DNA from: an uncultured Rhizobium sp.
Lineage (GTDB): Bacteria; Pseudomonadota; Alphaproteobacteria; Rickettsiales; UBA1997
Direction: 5' to 3'
Length of the DNA: 64,000 bases
NCBI GenBank assembly: GCA_964447395.1
Contig: CAYUSO010000006.1
Coordinates: forward strand, 10,154 to 74,153
Part shown: piece by piece, positions 23,945 through 33,985 of the stretch
Layout: each line of letters starts with the position of its first letter
Numbering within the stretch: the stretch's first letter is position 1
Program-made: the position numbers and the translations under genes
The notes under the pieces: generated by a model
The model's database searches: none
What the model was told of the DNA's origin: nothing
What the model saw: the letters and a program-made list of their open reading frames with translations, nothing else

Positions 23945-25414
23945 ATGAACTTTCCCATTCTTTCAGCTTTGATTTTTTTGCCAATTTTGGCGGCGATTCT
24001 GATTTTGCCAGTGAAGTTAAAAAACAGTCGCGGATACTACTTCTACGGCCTTCTCATCAGTTTCATAAATTTAATTTTAAGCTGCAAACTCACTTTTCTT
24101 TTTGATAAAAAAATCACCGATTTTCAATTCACTGAAATCGTTAATTTCATCTCAAATCACGACATAAAATATTTCGTCGGCATTGATGGAATTTCACTTT
24201 TGATGATTTTGCTCACCGCAATTTTAACGCCAATTTGCTTAGCAATTAGCATCAATTCAATTCAAAAACGCGTTAAGGAATATGTCGTGGCGTTCTTACT
24301 CATCGAAGGCTTCGTCATTGGTTCCTTTTGCGCACTCGATTTACTTTTCTTCTACATTTTTTTCGAAGCGATGTTGATTCCGATGTTTCTTGTTATCGGA
24401 ATTTGGGGCGGCGAAAACAGAATTTACGCGGCTTACAAATTTTTCCTCTACACGCTTTTTGGCTCAGTTTTATTCCTCATCGCCATCATTTTAATTTATC
24501 TCTACACCGGCACAACTGATGTGGTTCTGCTTTCAAAAGGCCTGCCGAAATTTTTCCCGCTTTCTTATCAGCAATGGTTTTTCCTTGCTTTCTTCGCTTC
24601 TTTTGCGGTGAAGGTTCCGATGTTTCCAGTTCACACTTGGTTGCCTGACGCTCACGTGCAAGCACCAACAGCTGGTTCGGTGATTCTTGCCGGAATTTTA
24701 ATCAAGCTCGGCGCCTACGGATTCTTGCGTTTCTCGCTGCCATTTTTTCCCGCCGCTTCGCAATTTTTTGCGCCGTTTATTTTCACTCTCAGTGCGATTG
24801 CCATCATCTACGCTTCGCTCGTCGCGCTGATGCAGGAAGATATGAAAAAAATGATCGCCTATTCTTCCGTTGCTCACATGGGTTTTGTGACGATGGGAAT
24901 TTTCTCTTTCACCCGACAAGGTATTGATGGCGCAGTGTTTCAGATGATTTCGCACGGCATCGTTTCCGCAGCGCTTTTCATGTGCGTCGGCGTAATTTAC
25001 GATCGCCTTCACACCAAGCAAATCAAGGATCTCGGCGGTATCGCGAGCAAAATGCCGAACTTCGCATTGATGGCGATGATCTTCACCATGGCTTCAGTTG
25101 GATTGCCTGGAACTAGCGGTTTCGTCGGCGAATTTTTAGCAATTGTTGGAACTTTCAAAGCCAGCAAATTTTTCGCAATTCTCGCCGCTAGCGGTGTAAT
25201 TCTTGGCGCTTGCTACATGCTCTGGCTCTACAAGCGCGTTTGGTTCAGCGAAATTCACAATCATCACGTTGATGAAGTTTCTGACCTTGGAAAAATTGAG
25301 TTAGCCTCGCTTGGCTTGATGGCAATTTTTGCAATCTTGCTCGGCATTTTACCGAATCTGGCTTTGAGCTTTTTTGAATTGCCAGTTGGTAATTTGGTCA
25401 AAATTTTTAATTAA
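23945..25414 (+). CDS. nuoM: NADH-quinone oxidoreductase subunit M
   Basis: 489 aa, polytopic. FPVHTWLPDAHVQAPTAGSVILAGILIKLGAYGFLRF is typical of NuoM/ND4. Confidence 0.93.
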   Translation: MNFPILSALIFLPILAAILILPVKLKNSRGYYFYGLLISFINLILSCKLTFLFDKKITDFQFTEIVNFISNHDIKYFVGIDGISLLMILLTAILTPICLAISINSIQKRVKEYVVAFLLIEGFVIGSFCALDLLFFYIFFEAMLIPMFLVIGIWGGENRIYAAYKFFLYTLFGSVLFLIAIILIYLYTGTTDVVLLSKGLPKFFPLSYQQWFFLAFFASFAVKVPMFPVHTWLPDAHVQAPTAGSVILAGILIKLGAYGFLRFSLPFFPAASQFFAPFIFTLSAIAIIYASLVALMQEDMKKMIAYSSVAHMGFVTMGIFSFTRQGIDGAVFQMISHGIVSAALFMCVGVIYDRLHTKQIKDLGGIASKMPNFALMAMIFTMASVGLPGTSGFVGEFLAIVGTFKASKFFAILAASGVILGACYMLWLYKRVWFSEIHNHHVDEVSDLGKIELASLGLMAIFAILLGILPNLALSFFELPVGNLVKIFN

Positions 25415-25508
25415 ATCCAACCGACATTTCCCCCGCAAAATCTTCCTCCGTTGCCATCCCCGCTTTCGCGGCGATAACAACAGCAACGGCAAAAAAACAT
25501 AACAAAAT

Positions 25509-26987
25509 ATGAACCTCTCTCTCATCTCTCCTGAAATCACGCTCTTCTGCGGTGCTTTATTTATCTTAATGGCTGATGTTTTTTGCGGCAAAAAGGTAAA
25601 AAACTTTTTTTATTTTTCGCATCTCATCTCTCTGCTCTTCTGCGCTGCGGCACTCATGTTCGTCATGCAAAATTTTGTCAAATCTGACATTATTTTTAAC
25701 CAGATGTTTATCAGCAATTCATTCACCTCTTTTGCCAAGGCAATAACCATTCTTTTGTTGATGATGGTGATTTTATTGGCGATTGGTTTCGTCGCAAAAA
25801 TTCAAAAAATTGGCGCCGAGTTTTTGTCTTTGATGATGATCGCAACTTGCGGCGGCATGGTTTTGATTTCAGCAAATGATTTTCTGGTTTTCTATTTGGG
25901 CTTAGAGCTTCAAGCACTTTCGCTATACCTTCTTGCTGCGCTAAATCGTAATTCCGCTAAATCCTCTGAAGCAGGAATGAAATATTTTATTCTCGGCTGT
26001 TTGGCTTCAGGGCTTCTGCTTTTTGGTATTGCAATGATTTATGGCTATGCCGGAACAGTTAATTTTTCTGCTTTGATGAATCTTTACCATCCATCTACTG
26101 AAGCTGCCTTAACCACAACTCCTTCGGCAATTCCTCTTGCTGTGATGTTTGGCTTTATTTTGGTTTTAATGGCGATGTTTTTCAAAATTTCTGCCGCACC
26201 TTTTCACATGTGGGCTCCAGATGTTTATGAAGGCTCCGCACCTTCTGCCGTCACTTTTTTTGCTACGGTCGCAAAATTTACCGCAGTTATCGCTTTGTTG
26301 CGCCTCTTCTCCACTTTAATCATCGGCTGGGGTGGTATCTGGCAAATTTTTATTCTTGTTTCATTGACCTCTTTGGTGATCGGATCTTTCGGCGCAATTT
26401 TTCAAAAAAATTTCAAACGTCTTTTGGCTTACAGCTCAATTGGACATATGGGTTTTATTCTTCTTGGCCTAGCTTCTCTCGGAGTTGAATCTTTAGCTGC
26501 CGTAACAATTTACGCCGTGATTTACGCCTTAATTTCCATCGGTTCTTTTGGTTTTTTAACCATGATAAAAAATAAAAATGGCGATGATAGTGATGCCGCA
26601 AATGAAAAAACTTTTGCCATTTCTTCGCTTTCTGGTTTGGCCAAAACCAATCCTGTAATGGCCTTTTCTTTGGCAGTTTTGATGTTTTCTACTGCTGGAG
26701 TTCCACCTCTCGCTGGCTTCTTCTCGAAATTTTATATTCTCGTTGCTGCTTTAAAAGGTGGGCTTTTGCCATTTGCCATCACTGCAATTTTATTCAGCGT
26801 TATTTCTGCCTACTATTACCTGCGTGTTGTTAAGGTGATGTATTTCGACGAGCCAGCGAACATCATCGAACTCGAAGATTTTGGTAATACCAAAAAGGTC
26901 GTCTTTCTTTCAGCGATTTTTAACATCATCCTAATTCTCTTCCTCAATCCGCTTTTGAACTCGATTATCGGCTTTTTAAACAACTAG
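25509..26987 (+). CDS. nuoN: NADH-quinone oxidoreductase subunit N
   Basis: 492 aa, polytopic. APFHMWAPDVYEGSAPSAVTFFATVAKF is typical of NuoN/ND2. Confidence 0.93.
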   Translation: MNLSLISPEITLFCGALFILMADVFCGKKVKNFFYFSHLISLLFCAAALMFVMQNFVKSDIIFNQMFISNSFTSFAKAITILLLMMVILLAIGFVAKIQKIGAEFLSLMMIATCGGMVLISANDFLVFYLGLELQALSLYLLAALNRNSAKSSEAGMKYFILGCLASGLLLFGIAMIYGYAGTVNFSALMNLYHPSTEAALTTTPSAIPLAVMFGFILVLMAMFFKISAAPFHMWAPDVYEGSAPSAVTFFATVAKFTAVIALLRLFSTLIIGWGGIWQIFILVSLTSLVIGSFGAIFQKNFKRLLAYSSIGHMGFILLGLASLGVESLAAVTIYAVIYALISIGSFGFLTMIKNKNGDDSDAANEKTFAISSLSGLAKTNPVMAFSLAVLMFSTAGVPPLAGFFSKFYILVAALKGGLLPFAITAILFSVISAYYYLRVVKVMYFDEPANIIELEDFGNTKKVVFLSAIFNIILILFLNPLLNSIIGFLNN

Positions 26988-26991
26988 TTTC

Positions 26992-28305
26992 ATGAAACTT
27001 TTCTCACAAAAAAACGATATTTCTCTTCGAGGCGAAATCACTGTCGCGCCAGACAAATCAATCTCCCACCGCTCTTTAATTTTTGCTGCACTTGCTCACG
27101 GCAAATCAAAAATCACAAATTTGCTTGAAGGCGAAGATGTTCTCAAAACCGCTGCAGCTCTGCGTTTAATGGGTGTTGAGATTGAGAGGCAAAAAGATTT
27201 TTGGCTTGTGAATGGCGTTGGAGTTGCAGGATTATCCGAGCCAAATGATGTGCTCGACATGGGAAATTCCGGCACCGCAGCGCGCTTGCTTGCTGGCCTC
27301 GTCACGCCTTACAACTTCACCTCTTTTTTCACCGGAGACGCCTCTTTGCGTAAACGTCCAATGGGCCGCGTTTTTGAACCAATCAAGCAATTCGGCGCCA
27401 AAATCACCGCGCGCCAAAATAATCTGATGCCTTTCGCAATCACTGGAACCAACGATTCCATGCCGATTGAATTTCAAATGAAAGTCGCGTCAGCCCAAGT
27501 TAAAAGCTGCATTCTTCTAGCTTCTCTCGCTGTCCGCGGAACCACTACAATCATCGAACCAGAAAAATGTCGCGATCACAGCGAAATCATGATGCGCCAT
27601 TTGGGATTAAAAATTTCTTGCGAAAAGTTCGGCGAAAATGGCACGAAAATTTCTTACAGCGGATTGCAAGAATTTGACGCAAAAGATTTCGCTGTACCAG
27701 GCGATATCTCATCCGCGGCCTTTTTAATTGTTGCTGCTTTGATCACAAAAAATTCACAAATCAAAATTAAAAATGTCGGCATAAATCCTTTGCGCGACGG
27801 CGTGGTTCTAACTTTGCGCGAAATGGGCGGAAAAATTTTATTTGAAAATGAACGCGAAATCGGCGGCGAAAAAGTTGCGGATATTATCGTTGAATCGAGC
27901 GAATTAAATGGAGTAGAAGTGCCAGCAAGCCGCGCTGCGAGCATGATTGACGAATATCCAATTCTCGCAATCGCTGCTGCAAATGCTAAAGGAATTACAA
28001 AAATGAACGGCCTTGCGGAATTGAAAGTGAAGGAAAGCAATCGCCTTTTGATGATCGCACAAAACCTAGAGAATTGCGGCGTTGAAGCCAAAATGGGAGA
28101 GGATTCTCTTGAAGTTAAAGGTGGAATCAAACAACAAAAATTGCGTACAAAAATCGCAACTGCAATGGATCACAGAATCGCCATGTCTTTCTTGGTCATG
28201 GGCCTTACACTTGAAAGCGGCGTTGAAATTGATGATGGTTCGATGATTCAAACCAGCTTTCCAAATTTTGAGAAAATTTTTGCTGACTTTGGAATTAAAT
28301 TTTAG
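26992..28305 (+). CDS. aroA: 3-phosphoshikimate 1-carboxyvinyltransferase (EPSP synthase)
   Basis: 437 aa. PDKSISHRSLIFAALA, LDMGNSGTAARLLAG, LKVKESNRL. Confidence 0.95.
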   Translation: MKLFSQKNDISLRGEITVAPDKSISHRSLIFAALAHGKSKITNLLEGEDVLKTAAALRLMGVEIERQKDFWLVNGVGVAGLSEPNDVLDMGNSGTAARLLAGLVTPYNFTSFFTGDASLRKRPMGRVFEPIKQFGAKITARQNNLMPFAITGTNDSMPIEFQMKVASAQVKSCILLASLAVRGTTTIIEPEKCRDHSEIMMRHLGLKISCEKFGENGTKISYSGLQEFDAKDFAVPGDISSAAFLIVAALITKNSQIKIKNVGINPLRDGVVLTLREMGGKILFENEREIGGEKVADIIVESSELNGVEVPASRAASMIDEYPILAIAAANAKGITKMNGLAELKVKESNRLLMIAQNLENCGVEAKMGEDSLEVKGGIKQQKLRTKIATAMDHRIAMSFLVMGLTLESGVEIDDGSMIQTSFPNFEKIFADFGIKF

Positions 28306-29549
28306 CGCAGCTTTTTCACCTCTTCTTCCACATTCTCCCGCAAATCAGGAACTGCAGTGCACTCAAAATCGCGACCAATATTCATTCCGCCAAGCAGATG
28401 AATTTTTGAGTGATTTGATTGCGCTAGAAGTATGTCTTTGTTGAGCAGAGCGCTATCGATCATTTGCTGCAAAAGAGAATATTTTTCGGCACGAAGTTCA
28501 AATCCAAGACAATTTACGACATAATCGAATTTCAATTTCTTGCCCTTTTGGATTTGGTTAATTTTTAAAATTTCCAACTGCTTTTCGGCGATCATTTTTT
28601 CAATTATATCGAGCGAAGAATCTGGTGCGCGGTGACGAAAAATATTCCAATAAGGCCATAAATGTTTAAGAAAAATTTTCTTGTTCCTCTGATCGAAATT
28701 TTGCCAAATTTTTTTGATGTTTGGACGAATCGCATCGACAGCTCCGCATAGGTCAAATTGTGAATTTGAATGCAGAAATTTACGGGTTTTTTGACATAAA
28801 AACAGCACGCCCTTTCTAGCGTCTTCCACAGAAAAAATTTCCTCAAATTTTGGATTATTTGAAACGAAATGTTTCTTTGGAAAATTACCTCGTCTTGAAA
28901 TGGCGATAATTTTTCCGGAGAAGTTTTTCTTTTTTAGACTAGTTATGACATCAATTGCACTAAGGCCGCATCCGATTAAGCAAATTTTTTCATCGGTAAG
29001 ATTTTCTTGATGAAAAAATGAAATCGCTTCTTTGTCCCAGAGTTTTTTTACAATGTTTTTGCCTGGAATATTTAATGTTAAATCACTTTGCCTAAAACTG
29101 GTTGCAAGCATGATTTCATTGGCCTGATAAACTCTACCATTTTTTGTTGTTAAGGAAAATTCTTCTTCAATTTTAACCACCTCTTCCTTCACAAAACTTA
29201 CTAGGTTTTTGTCGCAATTTTCTAAGTCTCTTTTGGTAATTTCTTCAAGATATTCGCCAAAAATATGGCGCGGGGCGAATCCACTCTCTCCAATTTTTTG
29301 CCAAATTTTCGGATATTTTTTTTGTAAAAATTCACAAAAATCATTCGGCTTATCAGAAAAAGCACTCATGTTTTTTGCCGGAACGTTTAAAATATAATGC
29401 GATGAGAAGCCTGAAAATGCTGGCCCGAGACTATTTTTTTCTTCTTTATCAAAGATGAGAATTCGACTATTTTTATCGATTGTTTTGAGCAGATGATGAA
29501 GTGCTAATCGTCCCGAAAATCCGAATCCGACAATGGCAATTATTTTCAT
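28302..29549 (-). CDS. FAD/NAD(P)-binding oxidoreductase-like protein
   Basis: The ORF is open to 29717. The start is chosen at 29549, where MKIIAIVGFGFSGRLAL gives the N-terminal dinucleotide-binding GxGxxG. A second nucleotide-binding stretch is ICLIGCGLSAID. Confidence 0.7.
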   Translation of the reverse strand: MKIIAIVGFGFSGRLALHHLLKTIDKNSRILIFDKEEKNSLGPAFSGFSSHYILNVPAKNMSAFSDKPNDFCEFLQKKYPKIWQKIGESGFAPRHIFGEYLEEITKRDLENCDKNLVSFVKEEVVKIEEEFSLTTKNGRVYQANEIMLATSFRQSDLTLNIPGKNIVKKLWDKEAISFFHQENLTDEKICLIGCGLSAIDVITSLKKKNFSGKIIAISRRGNFPKKHFVSNNPKFEEIFSVEDARKGVLFLCQKTRKFLHSNSQFDLCGAVDAIRPNIKKIWQNFDQRNKKIFLKHLWPYWNIFRHRAPDSSLDIIEKMIAEKQLEILKINQIQKGKKLKFDYVVNCLGFELRAEKYSLLQQMIDSALLNKDILLAQSNHSKIHLLGGMNIGRDFECTAVPDLRENVEEEVKKLR

Positions 29550-29557
29550 AAATTGGG

Positions 29558-29806
29558 CTATTCTTCCATCGCCTTCTTGTTTTGGCGTTCTAGCAGAAGT
29601 TCCCAACGTTTCTGCATTACCAAGTTGATTTTTTTGATGTTTTTGCTGGTGGTACTTAGAAAAATAAACGGAAATATTGCATGGGTAATTAAAATGAGCC
29701 CAGTGATGAAAATCCACATCCCCGTAGTAAAAGCGAAGAGAAAATGCTCGAAATAATTTTCATTAGTTTCGATTAAATGTTGATTAAAAAAGTTGGCTTT
29801 TTTCAT
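29558..29806 (-). CDS. small membrane protein (possibly DUF6356-like)
   Basis: The ORF is open to 29917 but would overlap recR. The ATG at 29806 gives MKKANFFNQHLIETNENYFEHFLFAFTTGMWIFITGLILITHAIFPFIF. The family assignment is tentative. Confidence 0.45.
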   Translation of the reverse strand: MKKANFFNQHLIETNENYFEHFLFAFTTGMWIFITGLILITHAIFPFIFLSTTSKNIKKINLVMQKRWELLLERQNKKAMEE

Positions 29807-29834
29807 AAATTTTGATTTGAAATTTTTAGCAAAT

Positions 29835-30437
29835 TTATAGCTCGCTTCTTGTTTTGAAGGCGATGGCAATCGTTCCTTCATCAAGATAATCAAGCTCGCT
29901 TCCAATAGGGATTCCATGGGCTAATCGGGTGATTTTAACAGAAAATTCTTTGAGATTTTCTGCTAAAAAATGTGCGGTAGTTTGCCCATCGAGAGTAGCG
30001 CTTGTTGCGATTATTACTTCAGTCACGTCTTTGTTTTCCAAGCGTTTGTAAAGATTTTTTAAATTTAAATCTTCGATAGTTTTCCCGGAAATTGCCGAAA
30101 GATTTCCTCCTAAAACATGATATTTTCCGCGATAATTTTCTGCTCGCTCAATCGCCCATAAATCCGCAACTTCTTCAACGACGCAGATTAAACTTTCGTC
30201 GCGATTATGACTGCTGCAAATGCTGCAAATCCTTCCCTCGTCAAGATTTCCACAGATTTCACAATGATGAATTTTAACATTCAGCGCCGATAAATTTTCA
30301 ATCAAAGGCAGTAAAGTTTTTTCCTTATTGGCAGCCAAATTCAACACGATGCGCTTAGCAATTCGCGGCCCCATTCCTGGAAGTTTGCTGATAATTTTAC
30401 TAAGATTTTCGATTAAGTTTTTTTGCATTTTAGACAT
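29835..30437 (-). CDS. recR: recombination protein RecR
   Basis: 200 aa. Zinc finger HHCEICGNLDEGRICSICS and Toprim segment LICVVEEVADLWAIER. Confidence 0.95.
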   Translation of the reverse strand: MSKMQKNLIENLSKIISKLPGMGPRIAKRIVLNLAANKEKTLLPLIENLSALNVKIHHCEICGNLDEGRICSICSSHNRDESLICVVEEVADLWAIERAENYRGKYHVLGGNLSAISGKTIEDLNLKNLYKRLENKDVTEVIIATSATLDGQTTAHFLAENLKEFSVKITRLAHGIPIGSELDYLDEGTIAIAFKTRSEL

Positions 30438-30440
30438 AAA

Positions 30441-30471
30441 AAAGGTCGGCTCTTTTTAGGAGCCGACCTTT
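30441..30471 (-). terminator. rho-independent terminator after the outer-membrane protein gene
   Basis: On the minus strand: AAAAGGTCGGCTC, loop CTAAAAA, GAGCCGACCTTTT, then TT. This is a GC-rich 9-bp core stem followed by a run of six T. Confidence 0.7.
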
Positions 30472-30492
30472 TAACTCTCAATTAAGAGTTGC

Positions 30493-31101
30493 TTAGAAAT
30501 TATAAGCTAAGCCCAATTTTAATACGTCGATGTCTGTTTGCGAAGCATCTATTGTACTAGTTCCGCCAGGAACTTTTAAGCGAGTTTTTTGGTTATTATA
30601 TTCAAGATTTACCAAAATGTTTTTGGCTACTTTGTAAGCAAGGCCTACACCGTAGAAATAGTCATTTTGTTTGTAGGATTTTTTTCTGTTAATTGAATCC
30701 CACTGAACTGTGTAATCTAAGCGAGAAACGCCGTTGGTTACGTAAGCAGCAAAATCGTCAGTGATGTCATAACCAATATCGAACTTCAAACCATAGCGAT
30801 TGTTTAGTTTTGTAGTATCGTAGTTAGAATCATGAGCCTTGTTGTTGTTATTTTCGTAGAAAGCTCCTGGGGCAACGAACATGCCGCCAAAATTGAAAGC
30901 GTGTTTGTAGTTAAGGCCGAATCCTGTTGAAACATCTTCAAATTTTGCTGAATTAACGACTCTTCTATTATCAACGGTGTATTTGTGGTTTGATGAAGTT
31001 CTTACCAAGTCGACACCAACATAGTTGCCTTCAGTTTTAGCAACGGCAGAAGAAGCGGTGATTGCTGCAAGTAGAGATGAGATAATAAATAATTTTTTCA
31101 T
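30493..31101 (-). CDS. outer-membrane beta-barrel protein (small porin/OmpA-TM-like)
   Basis: The start at 31101 gives the signal peptide MKKLFIISSLLAAITASSAVA. Alternating beta-strand pattern and a C-terminal LKLGLAYNF ending in Phe. Confidence 0.8.
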   Translation of the reverse strand: MKKLFIISSLLAAITASSAVAKTEGNYVGVDLVRTSSNHKYTVDNRRVVNSAKFEDVSTGFGLNYKHAFNFGGMFVAPGAFYENNNNKAHDSNYDTTKLNNRYGLKFDIGYDITDDFAAYVTNGVSRLDYTVQWDSINRKKSYKQNDYFYGVGLAYKVAKNILVNLEYNNQKTRLKVPGGTSTIDASQTDIDVLKLGLAYNF

Positions 31102-31262
31102 AAAATGAGTTTTTATTAAGGGAAAACCTCGTGCCGCCCTTTGGAAAAGAAAGCGCGAATTGGCTAGGTTGTTAAAAAGCGGTTTTAAAATTCTCAATTA
31201 ATTTTTTTTTAAGAAATGTTCGTGAGCAAATGAATGTGTCAAAATAGCTCTGAAGGCCTGAC

Positions 31263-32522
31263 TTACTTCCTCAACCCGCAGTTCGCCTCAACGATGTATT
31301 TGTAAGTGGTTAGCTGCTCTAAACCTACGGGGCCGCGAGCGTGTAGCTTTCCGGTGGCGATGCCAACTTCAGCGCCAAGGCCAAACTCTCCACCGTCGGC
31401 AAATTGGGTTGAGGCATTGTGCATCACGATTGCTGAATTTACTTTCTTCAGAAATTTTTCTGCCGCCGATTTATCTTCGGTGATAATGCTCTCAGTGTGC
31501 GACGAGCCATAAATTGCGATTTGTTTTATAGCGTCGTCAATGTCACGAACGATTTTAATTGAGATAATTTTATCGAGATATTCGGTGTAAAAATCTTTCT
31601 CTTCCGCTTTTTTTATTCTCTTATCCAGCGCTACAGCCTCTTCATCTCCACGCATCTCACATTTTACTTCAGCGAGATCGTTGGCAATTATTGGCAGAAT
31701 TTTTTTAGCGATTTTCTTGTCGATTAAAAGCGATTCAGTTGCGCCGCAAATTCCAACGCGACGCATTTTGGCGTTGAGCAGAATTTTGCGCGCTTTTTCA
31801 AAATCAGCTTTTTCGTGAATGTAGGTGTGACAATTGCCATCCAGATGTTTGAAAAGCGGAATTCGCGTATTTTCCATCACCGCTTTAATCAGCGATTTTC
31901 CTCCGCGCGGAATTACGACATCGATGTGGGAGTCCATTTTGAGAAGCTCGGTGACATATTCTCGTTCGATATTTTGAACTAAAATTACCGCATTTTTATC
32001 AAGATTAAAGCGCTCCAAAGCTTCGCGATAAATCTCAGCCAAAATTTTTGAAGAATTAATCGAATCCGAACCGCAGCGTAAAATCACGGCATTTCCAGAC
32101 TTCAGAGCCAAAGCAGCGATGTCAGATGTCACATTTGGACGCGATTCAAAAATTGCCAACAAAACCCCGAGCGGAGTGCTGATTCTTCTGATGTGAAGAC
32201 CGTTTTCTCTTTTTGTTTCGTAAAGAATTTTTCCCAAAGGGTCGGGTAATTTTGTGATTTCTTTCACCGCATTTGCCAGCGCAGTAATGCGTTTTTCATC
32301 GAGAGTTAGGCGATCAATTTTTGCGGCATCGAGACCATTTTCTTTGGCAGTTTTTAAATCTTTTTGATTGGCCTTAATGATTTTTGACGTGTGTTTTTTT
32401 AATAATTTTGTCACTTCGAGAAGAATTTGATCTCTTGTCGTAGAATCAAGCATAGCAAGCTCTGAGCTCGCTTTTTTTGCATCATTACAAATTTTTATTA
32501 CTTTCGATTTAATCTCGCTCAT
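31263..32522 (-). CDS. proA: glutamate-5-semialdehyde dehydrogenase
   Basis: 419 aa. FESRPNVTSDIAALALKSGNAVILRCGS, RRVGICGATESLL, GSSHTESIIT. Confidence 0.95.
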   Translation of the reverse strand: MSEIKSKVIKICNDAKKASSELAMLDSTTRDQILLEVTKLLKKHTSKIIKANQKDLKTAKENGLDAAKIDRLTLDEKRITALANAVKEITKLPDPLGKILYETKRENGLHIRRISTPLGVLLAIFESRPNVTSDIAALALKSGNAVILRCGSDSINSSKILAEIYREALERFNLDKNAVILVQNIEREYVTELLKMDSHIDVVIPRGGKSLIKAVMENTRIPLFKHLDGNCHTYIHEKADFEKARKILLNAKMRRVGICGATESLLIDKKIAKKILPIIANDLAEVKCEMRGDEEAVALDKRIKKAEEKDFYTEYLDKIISIKIVRDIDDAIKQIAIYGSSHTESIITEDKSAAEKFLKKVNSAIVMHNASTQFADGGEFGLGAEVGIATGKLHARGPVGLEQLTTYKYIVEANCGLRK

Positions 32523-33982
32523 AAGAAAAAATTAGTTAAAAATGGGAATAAAATTAATCCCAAAAATATTACGACTGCAACCGTGAGAGCAGTCAGAATA
32601 AGGCTTGAGTCGAAGTCGATATTTTTCGCTAAATCTAAATCTTCAGCCGCCCTCGCCTCTTTTTCGCGAATAAAAAATGGCCAAAACATTTTCCAGAAAA
32701 ATAGCACGAGGCTTAGAATATTAAGGAGGAAGAGACTAAGAGCTAACCACATCTTCTTCTGTAAGATGATTTTCAGCAAGAAAAACTTTTCAACTCCGCC
32801 AATACCTGGAGCGACTCCAGCCATATTGGCAATTCCAAAAGTAAGCAAAGAAATGGTAACGATCAAATCATAAAAAAGTCCGTCGAGCCTTTTATTTTGA
32901 GCGCTCGAGAGATATAGAACTAAGTTGGAAATGGCCAAAAAAACTAAAGTAAGGGAAAGAAAAAATGAAAACAAAGCTAGGTAAATTCTGGCTCCATCAA
33001 AAGTAGCAAAGATAAAAACTGAAAAAATTGCGAAGATAAATTGGTGAAAAAAAAGATAAAAAAACGATGATTTTATTCCTTTGCTAAGCAGTAGTAGAGT
33101 TGATGCGATGATGATATTTGCTAGAAAAATTATTCCAAAAAAATCAAAGCCAATTTTTTCGATCAAAATTGAAAAACCTTTAAAGCCAAAAATAAAATGC
33201 AGCAGCTTGACAAAGACGTAGAGGCTGCTGAAGGCATAGGCCAAAAAGAAAAAAATGTAGATGATAATGGGCTCAAGATTGATGTTGCGATAAAGTAAAT
33301 AGCATGGCGCCAAAACAGAGAGGAAAAGGCCGGCAAGGTAGAAAAATAGCAGCAAGCTGTGTTTTTGGTGATCAAAATTTTCAGCAATAATTCCGCCATT
33401 TATAAAATCGATTTGTGCGGTGAATTTGTAGGTTGCGACAGCGGCGAGAAAGAAAAAGAGCGATTCAAGATAAAGTAAAAAGGTGAAGAAACGCGAAAAT
33501 TTTGTTTCAGTTTTGTGCAAGAATTTTAGCGCAAAAAAATGACAAAGCAGAATTAAGCAATTGTAGAAGAATAGCGTGCTGAGAAGGTTTTTGCTAATGA
33601 TGATCAGGTTTACAAAAGCGATGATGAGAATGAAAAAAAACTGCAAATCATTAGCATTTTTTGTCGCGCTAAATTGCAAAAAACGTTGCGAATAAAAGGC
33701 AAAAACTAGCCAAAAAAAATCCAGCAGAAACAAAAAACCCAAGGTGATTTTATCAACCGAGAAACCAAGAGAAACGCCGCGTAGAGCTTCAGTTAGCGTT
33801 AAATAAGAACTATCGCTTTCCATGCTACCATAGAGTCCAATCAGATTTATTGCGAAAGCTACAGGCGAAAATTTATTAGCAAAATTTATCAGAAGTGGCG
33901 ACTCGACGCAAAGTTTAACAATAAGGCAATTTAACAGCGGAATTGCAGCGATTAAAAAAAGTAAAAACTGTGTTTGGGTCAT
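32519..33982 (-). CDS. polytopic membrane protein, highly divergent NuoN/MrpD-like (antiporter-like) paralog
   Basis: 487 aa, extremely Phe/Leu/Ile-rich. The layout is collinear with the upstream paralog. The position of the family's conserved TM Glu reads LFFYNCLILL. Confidence 0.55.
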   Translation of the reverse strand: MTQTQFLLFLIAAIPLLNCLIVKLCVESPLLINFANKFSPVAFAINLIGLYGSMESDSSYLTLTEALRGVSLGFSVDKITLGFLFLLDFFWLVFAFYSQRFLQFSATKNANDLQFFFILIIAFVNLIIISKNLLSTLFFYNCLILLCHFFALKFLHKTETKFSRFFTFLLYLESLFFFLAAVATYKFTAQIDFINGGIIAENFDHQKHSLLLFFYLAGLFLSVLAPCYLLYRNINLEPIIIYIFFFLAYAFSSLYVFVKLLHFIFGFKGFSILIEKIGFDFFGIIFLANIIIASTLLLLSKGIKSSFFYLFFHQFIFAIFSVFIFATFDGARIYLALFSFFLSLTLVFLAISNLVLYLSSAQNKRLDGLFYDLIVTISLLTFGIANMAGVAPGIGGVEKFFLLKIILQKKMWLALSLFLLNILSLVLFFWKMFWPFFIREKEARAAEDLDLAKNIDFDSSLILTALTVAVVIFLGLILFPFLTNFFL

Positions 33983-33985
33983 AAA

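Noticed and set aside
23671-24105. 144-aa ORF upstream of and overlapping nuoM
   Set aside because: It translates repeat A6 (SQLPEQSRGVGKQTLNPSTQCGEL) and then overlaps the well-supported nuoM start in another frame.
25440-25495. Small inverted repeats (ccgttgc/gcaacgg, ccgc-tttc-gcgg) between nuoM and nuoN
   Set aside because: The stems are only 4-7 bp with no U-tract. They are not similar to the repeat families and are not enough to call an attenuator.
29550-29717. N-terminal extensions of several track ORFs
   Set aside because: The extensions are 29550-29717, 29807-29917, 31102-31197, 36666-36731, 38204-38446, 38863-38877, 47433-47579, 49503-49586, 50874-50924 and 14167-14205. Internal ATGs reproduce canonical family N-termini, signal peptides or ribosome-binding sites. 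They also remove overlaps with neighbouring genes or with repeat sequence.
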